64,000 nt of DNA from an uncultured cyanobacterium (GTDB lineage: Bacteria; Cyanobacteriota; Cyanobacteriia; Cyanobacteriales; Cyanobacteriaceae). The stretch spans positions 288,001-352,000 of the forward strand of contig CAVVOP010000021.1 of NCBI GenBank assembly GCA_963749915.1. Direction: 5' to 3'. The position numbers were made by a program, and so were the translations under genes. This document shows, piece after piece, positions 58,282 to 64,000 of the stretch. The notes under the pieces are model-generated. The model ran no database searches. It was not told the DNA's origin and worked only from the letters and a program-made list of their open reading frames with translations. Position 1 is the stretch's first letter, and each line of letters starts with the position of its first letter.

Positions 58282-59739
58282 ATGTCTGTCAGAGTTAGAA
58301 TCGCACCATCTCCTACAGGTAATTTACATATAGGTACAGCTCGTACAGCCGTATTTAACTGGTTATTTGCCAGACATCATCAGGGTACATTTATATTAAG
58401 AGTCGAAGATACGGATTTAGAAAGATCAAAACCTGAATATACTGATAACATCAAGTCCGGATTGACTTGGTTAGGGTTGAATTGGGATGAGGGGCCTTTT
58501 TTTCAGACTGAGAGATTCGATCTTTACCGTCAAGGCATCCAAACTTTACTTGATCAAGGTTTAGCTTATCCCTGTTATTGCACTTCCGAAGAACTGGAGG
58601 CAATGAGAGAAACCCAAAAAGCCAATAATCAAGCACCTCGTTATGATAATCGTCACCGTAATTTATCGGCGGAAGATATTGCCAAATTCACAGCAGAAGG
58701 GCGTAAACCCGTGATTAGATTTAAAATTGAGGATCAAGAGCAAATTATTTGGCATGATTTAATTAGAGGTATGGTGTCATGGCGGGGTAGCGATTTAGGC
58801 GGTGATATGGTAATCGCACGCACCCCCGGTGAAGATGATGGTAGTTTTGGGCAACCGTTGTATAATTTAGCGGTAGTGGTGGATGATATTGAGATGAATA
58901 TTAGCCATGTAATTCGAGGGGAAGATCATATTGCCAATACGGCGAAGCAAATTTTATTATATCGAGCATTGGGGGCAAAAGTTCCAGAATTTGCTCATAC
59001 TCCCTTAATTTTGAACTCTGAGGGCAAAAAATTATCCAAGCGCGACGGAGTGACATCCATTGATGATTTTCGTAAAATGGGTTTTGTTGCACCAGCTTTA
59101 GCTAATTATATGATATTATTGGGTTGGACTTCTCCTGACGCTAAAGAAATTTTTACCCTTGAAGAAGCGGCAACTAAATTTAGTTTAGAAAGAGTAAATA
59201 AAGCAGGGGCAAAATTCGATTGGGATAAGTTAGATTGGTTGAACAGTCAGTATTTACACAAATTATCTCCAGAAGAATTATTACCATTGTTGATTCCCTA
59301 TTGGCAAGAGGCAGGTTATCAATTTAATCTTGATAATGAAAGAGATTGGTTATTACAACTCACCAATTTAATTGCACCTAGTTTAACTCGTCTCACCGAT
59401 AGCGTTAGGGAAGCAAGGCTATTTTTTGCTGACGGCACCACTTTAGCCGAAGACGCCCAAAAATTTTTGACTCAAGAAGGGGTTAAGGAGGTTTTACAAG
59501 CAGTAATCAAAGCCAGCAAATCTGATTTGACTTTTGAGGAGGCCAATAATATTATCAAACAAATTACTAAGGATTTAAAGGTAAAAAAAGGTTTAGTAAT
59601 GCGATCGCTTCGGGTTGGTTTAACGGGAGAATTGCACGGTCCTGATTTAGTGCAAACATGGTTATTATTAAATCAAAAAGGTATTGCTAAAACTAGGATT
59701 CAATTAGCAAATGACATTATGCAAAAGGCGGGCCATTGA
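58282..59739 (+). CDS. gltX: Glutamate--tRNA ligase
   Basis: [11 protein letters not shown] and KLSKR motifs. Confidence 0.98.
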   Translation: MSVRVRIAPSPTGNLHIGTARTAVFNWLFARHHQGTFILRVEDTDLERSKPEYTDNIKSGLTWLGLNWDEGPFFQTERFDLYRQGIQTLLDQGLAYPCYCTSEELEAMRETQKANNQAPRYDNRHRNLSAEDIAKFTAEGRKPVIRFKIEDQEQIIWHDLIRGMVSWRGSDLGGDMVIARTPGEDDGSFGQPLYNLAVVVDDIEMNISHVIRGEDHIANTAKQILLYRALGAKVPEFAHTPLILNSEGKKLSKRDGVTSIDDFRKMGFVAPALANYMILLGWTSPDAKEIFTLEEAATKFSLERVNKAGAKFDWDKLDWLNSQYLHKLSPEELLPLLIPYWQEAGYQFNLDNERDWLLQLTNLIAPSLTRLTDSVREARLFFADGTTLAEDAQKFLTQEGVKEVLQAVIKASKSDLTFEEANNIIKQITKDLKVKKGLVMRSLRVGLTGELHGPDLVQTWLLLNQKGIAKTRIQLANDIMQKAGH

Positions 59740-59747
59740 GCCATGAT

Positions 59748-59838
59748 AGGGGTGGCTGGATCAAAACAAAACCTTTGCTTCTTAAAGCTTTCAGCCTTAA
59801 GTGTTTAGCTAAAAATGCAGGAAATCAGCCACGACCCA
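59748..59838. mobile_element. Small inverted-repeat element (MITE-like)
   Basis: GGGGTGGCTG ... CAGCCACGACCC imperfect inverted ends around an internal AAACCTTTG-N5-TAAAGCTTT palindrome. Confidence 0.4.
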
Positions 59839-59865
59839 TTTTAAAAACTTCACACTCCGCGACCA

Positions 59866-60159
59866 TCATGATAAATAATCCCGTTTTCTTTTAAGAGAGG
59901 GTAACGGTGTCAAATCGCTTCCACTGGGAGTAAGATAACGTCTGGGAGTAGGCACAGAAACTGCTTTTTCGGTTTTTTGTACTTGTAACCATCGCATCCA
60001 GCTACCGACGAGAACTAATAATATTCCTAATGATAGTAAAGTCCAGCTCTCACTAAAACCCCCCAGTATGGCATCCATCGCACCAAAGGTAAAGATAAAC
60101 GCCGATATTTTTTCCTTACGATAGACCGATTTGAACTTTCGAGCTAATGTCACATTCAT
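59866..60159 (-). CDS. Conserved small membrane protein
   Basis: YRKE.IS.F..T.G..DA..GG motif and two TM helices. Confidence 0.7.
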   Translation of the reverse strand: MNVTLARKFKSVYRKEKISAFIFTFGAMDAILGGFSESWTLLSLGILLVLVGSWMRWLQVQKTEKAVSVPTPRRYLTPSGSDLTPLPSLKRKRDYLS

Positions 60160-60321
60160 CTAATTTTATGGCTTTAACTATATACCTCTTATTTTACAAT
60201 ATTTTTTCTCAGTAATATACTTGTTACTTGTACTAATGACTATTTATTTGGTATGATGATCAATCTAATGCCCAAAGAAGGCAATAAGACAAACAAGATA
60301 GGATTCAAATATAATTGCAAC

Positions 60322-63300
60322 ATGATATTTCCGTCGGGTTATCAAATTTTACACCAACTTTATGAAGGCACCAACTCGCAAATTTATCGTGGTATTAGAG
60401 AATCTGACGGGCAAAAAGTAATCATTAAAGTTCTCAAAAAAGACTATACCACAATATCAGAGTTAGACCATTATAAACGAGAATACAAGATAACTAAATC
60501 CTTAAATATAGATAGTGTTATTAAGCTTTATAGTTTAGAAAAATATCAAAATACTTTGGCTATTATCTCAGAAGACTTCGAGGCAAAATCTTTAAAAATA
60601 TTGTTGAATAATCGCTCTTTTTCAATAGCGGAATTTCTAAAAATTGCCATTAAAACTGTTAAAAGTTTAGAACAAATACACGATGCTAATGTTATTCATA
60701 AAGATCTTAATTCTCACAATATTTTATACAATCCCGATAGCGAAGAATTGAAAATAAATAATTTTGGAATTTCTGCTCTTTTAAATAAAGAAAATCATAG
60801 CAGAGAAAACCTCGATATATTAGAAGAAAAATTAGCTTATATTTCCCCAGAACAAACAGGAAGAACTGGCAGGAGTTTAGACTATCGCACTGATTTTTAT
60901 TCCTTGGGTGTTACCTTCTACGAATTATTAATGGAACAATTACCTTTTGAGAGTACAAATCCTTTAGAATTAATCCATTGTCATCTTGCTAAACAAGCTA
61001 TTCCTCCCTCCCATTTTAATCCTTCAATTCCCATCATTATTTCTGATTTAGTAATGAAATTAATGGCTAAAAATCCTGATGATCGTTATCAAAGTGCATG
61101 GGGATTAAAAGCAGATTTAGAACACTGCTTACAACAATTGGAATTGACAGGAGTTATTAACCATTTTCCTTTAGCAAGTCAAGATATTTCTGATAAGTTT
61201 TTAATTTCTGAAAAACTATACGGTAGAGATGAAATTTTTACAACCCTATTAAGCCAATGGCAAAGAGTTGCAGATCAATCTAGTGCTGAAATAACGACTA
61301 TAGCAGGATATTCAGGCATTGGTAAATCATCTTTAGCAAATATTATAGAGAAAAAAGTTAGTCAGGAAAAAGGTTATTTTATTTTAGGAAAATTTGATCA
61401 GTTTCAGCGTGACATTCCCTATAGTGCTTTAATTCGTGCTTTTCAACAGTTAGTGATCAAAAAATTAAAAAAGAATAAGGAAAAAATAAATTATTGGAAA
61501 AATAAATTATTAGCTAATTTAGGACATAATGGGCAAATTATTATTGATGTAATTCCGGAAATTGAGTTAATTATTGGGAAACAACCACCTGTACCCGAAT
61601 TAAGTGGTAATGAGGCTTACAATAGGTTTAATTTAATCTTTCAAAAATTTATGGAGGTTTGTTGTACAAAAGAGCATCCTTTAGTGATTTTTCTTGATGA
61701 TTTGCAATGGGGAGATAGGGCGACTTTTAAGTTAATTGAGTTAATTATGTTAGATAATAACTTGCAACATTTGTTAGTTATGGGAGCTTATCGTAGTAAT
61801 GAAATTGATCAAGATCATCCTTTAATGACCATGATAGATAATGTCAAAAAAAATGAGGGTATAGTTAATCAAATTTATTTACAAAATTTAACTTTGGATG
61901 ATGTTAATAATTTGATAGCTGATACTTTAAAAAGTGATATTGATCAAGTAAAATCTTTGGCAGAATTAGTTTTTAAAAAGACTTTAGGTAATCCTTTGTT
62001 GACTAAACAATTTCTGCAAACATTATATTTGGAAAATTTAATTCGTTTTGATTATAGTCAACGTAAATGGCAATGGGATGTAACTAATATTTCTGCTCAA
62101 AATATCACCGATAATGTGCTGGAATTAATGATTAATCAGTTAAAAACTTTTTCTAAATCTACCCAGTCTCTTTTGCAATTATCTGCTTGTATTGGCAACA
62201 ATTTTAGTTTATCTACTTTATCAATTATTGAGCAAAAATCTCCTCAAACATTGTTACAGGATTTAATGATTCCCCTTAATTATGGTTTAATTTTGCCATT
62301 AGCATCGTCATCTCAAGGCTTAATTGATAATTACCAGTTTTTACATGATCTAGTTCAACAGGCAGCTTATGCTTTAATTCCTGAATCTGAAAAACCGCAA
62401 ATTCATCTAACAATAGGAGAGTTGCTACTTGAAAAATATAGTGATTTGGAAAGAGAAAAAAAATTATTTGATATTGTGGGACATTTGAATAAAGGTAGAA
62501 AATTAATTAATGAATCCAAGGTAAAAGAAAACCTCGCCAAACTCAATTTACAGGCAGGAAATAGGGCAAAAAATGCTAATGCTTATAAAGAGGCTGGGAT
62601 TTATTTACGAACGGGGTTGGAATTATTAAACCCTAATTGTTGGGAAACTCAATATCAATTAAGCCTTGAACTGTATACCAGTAATGCAGAAACTGCCTAT
62701 TTAAAAGGTGATTTTCAGGAAATGGACACCATGGCACAACAGGTTTTAAATCATGCACGAATTATTTTAGATAGAGTCGTGATTTACAAGGTTTCTATTG
62801 CCGCAGAGATTGCACAAAGTAATATTTACTCGAGCATTACTATTGGCAGAAAAGCACTAGAAGAATTAGGGATTGAACTGCCAACTCAAGCAAATTCCCA
62901 TGAAATAAATAATGCCATGGGAAATCTTAACAATCAGCTAGAGGATAAAAAAATTGAAGAATTAATTGATTTACCCATAAATAATAATCCCAAAGCTCAA
63001 GCAACACTTGAAATATTGGCAATGTTATACTCTGCCTTTTTTCAAGCTATGCCAGATTTACTACCCTTGGTTAGTTCAGCTATGGTTAGTTTATCCCTTA
63101 AGTTTGGGAATCTTCCTGCCTCGGCCGTTGGTTACTGTATTCACGGCATGGTACTTTGTAGCTTTTTTGGAGAGGTGGAAAAAGCCTATAATTTTGGTTG
63201 TTTGGCGATGGATTTAATCAAGAGAGATCCTCAACAATGCCTCAAACATTTGGCAATACAAATATTTGGATGTATTATTCAACCTCGCAAAACAGCTATA

Positions 63301-64000
63301 AGAAGAAGTTTAACCACTTTACAAAATAGCTATCAAGTGGGTTTGGAAACGGGAGATTTGATGAATGCTAGTTATTCTTCTCTGGTCTATAGTTTTACAG
63401 GGTTTTTCGCCGGGATGGAATTAGAAACGTTAGAACTGGAATTGAATAATTACAGTAGCGTTTTGACTCAGTTAAGGCAAGATTCGGCTAAAGTTTATTT
63501 AGATATGATAGGGCAGACTATCAAAAATTTGCGAGAAACAACCAGTCAACCAGACTGCCTAATGGGAACTTTGTATAATGAAACAATTCGGATCCCTCAG
63601 CACAATACAAATCAGGAATTGACTGCCATCGCACAAGTTTATATCTACAAATTATTACTTGGCTATTGTTTCGGCAATTATCAATCAGCACAACATTATA
63701 TCAATCAGGCACAACCCTTTTTAGTCTCAGTTGCTGGACTAGTTTTTTTTCCTCTTTATCATTTTTACTCCGCCCTAACTTATATTGCATTATGGGAAAC
63801 ACAGGAAAATCAAGTGAAGATTTTAGAGGAGGTAGAACATCATCAAGAGATACTCCATCAGTGGGCGAAAAATGCTCCTATGAATTATTCGGGTAAGTGG
63901 CATCTGGTGGAGGCGGAAAAACAAAGAATCTTGGGCAATAAAGCGGAAGCCATTGAAAATTATGATCAAGCCATTGAATTAGCTAAGGAAAATGAGTTTA
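60322..64000 (+). CDS. Large Ser/Thr kinase-AAA ATPase sensor (HstK-type), 5' part; runs off the window end
   Basis: Manual translation from ATG 60322: VIIKVLK, HKDLNSHNIL, YISPEQTGR, DFYSLG; Walker A GYSGIGKS near 61310; Walker B IFLDDLQW. Confidence 0.9.
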   Translation, partial: MIFPSGYQILHQLYEGTNSQIYRGIRESDGQKVIIKVLKKDYTTISELDHYKREYKITKSLNIDSVIKLYSLEKYQNTLAIISEDFEAKSLKILLNNRSFSIAEFLKIAIKTVKSLEQIHDANVIHKDLNSHNILYNPDSEELKINNFGISALLNKENHSRENLDILEEKLAYISPEQTGRTGRSLDYRTDFYSLGVTFYELLMEQLPFESTNPLELIHCHLAKQAIPPSHFNPSIPIIISDLVMKLMAKNPDDRYQSAWGLKADLEHCLQQLELTGVINHFPLASQDISDKFLISEKLYGRDEIFTTLLSQWQRVADQSSAEITTIAGYSGIGKSSLANIIEKKVSQEKGYFILGKFDQFQRDIPYSALIRAFQQLVIKKLKKNKEKINYWKNKLLANLGHNGQIIIDVIPEIELIIGKQPPVPELSGNEAYNRFNLIFQKFMEVCCTKEHPLVIFLDDLQWGDRATFKLIELIMLDNNLQHLLVMGAYRSNEIDQDHPLMTMIDNVKKNEGIVNQIYLQNLTLDDVNNLIADTLKSDIDQVKSLAELVFKKTLGNPLLTKQFLQTLYLENLIRFDYSQRKWQWDVTNISAQNITDNVLELMINQLKTFSKSTQSLLQLSACIGNNFSLSTLSIIEQKSPQTLLQDLMIPLNYGLILPLASSSQGLIDNYQFLHDLVQQAAYALIPESEKPQIHLTIGELLLEKYSDLEREKKLFDIVGHLNKGRKLINESKVKENLAKLNLQAGNRAKNANAYKEAGIYLRTGLELLNPNCWETQYQLSLELYTSNAETAYLKGDFQEMDTMAQQVLNHARIILDRVVIYKVSIAAEIAQSNIYSSITIGRKALEELGIELPTQANSHEINNAMGNLNNQLEDKKIEELIDLPINNNPKAQATLEILAMLYSAFFQAMPDLLPLVSSAMVSLSLKFGNLPASAVGYCIHGMVLCSFFGEVEKAYNFGCLAMDLIKRDPQQCLKHLAIQIFGCIIQPRKTAIRRSLTTLQNSYQVGLETGDLMNASYSSLVYSFTGFFAGMELETLELELNNYSSVLTQLRQDSAKVYLDMIGQTIKNLRETTSQPDCLMGTLYNETIRIPQHNTNQELTAIAQVYIYKLLLGYCFGNYQSAQHYINQAQPFLVSVAGLVFFPLYHFYSALTYIALWETQENQVKILEEVEHHQEILHQWAKNAPMNYSGKWHLVEAEKQRILGNKAEAIENYDQAIELAKENEF

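Noticed and set aside
63008..63896. Two short + strand ORFs
   Set aside because: Out-of-frame overlaps within the large kinase-AAA gene

Overview
AT-rich chromosomal window from a unicellular cyanobacterium (scattered HIP1 GCGATCGC octamers, chlD, sqdX, cyanobacterial rrn operon; the lineage is probably Cyanobacterium/Geminocystis-like, which is inference). The intact core comprises sqdX (partial), furA, guaB3, eno, sppA, smtA/smtB, lysC, a bacterioferritin pair, cobD, HU, a multicopper oxidase, chlD, sbcC, lipA, a full 16S-Ile-Ala-23S-5S operon, pilB, grpE-dnaK, ktrBA, gltX and the 5' part of a large Ser/Thr kinase-AAA sensor. The accessory parts are a surface-glycan cluster (9.3-17.1 kb) with a methyltransferase/coiled-coil protein resembling a chain-length ruler, a GC-richer saccharopine dehydrogenase/LKR-like gene, and an IS graveyard (IS1634, IS630, IS5/ISL2) overlapping decayed four-helix-bundle genes. 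The main unannotated signal is that many intergenic gaps hold recognisable stubs of lost genes (recD2, NCS2 permease, PaO-like oxygenase, bestrophin, GH3 glycosidase, ABC permease, a tRNA 3' half), some cut exactly at small inverted-repeat elements, which suggests ongoing repeat-associated genome erosion. I found no CRISPR array, reverse transcriptase or intact defence system. All family calls come from recalled motifs, not database searches.
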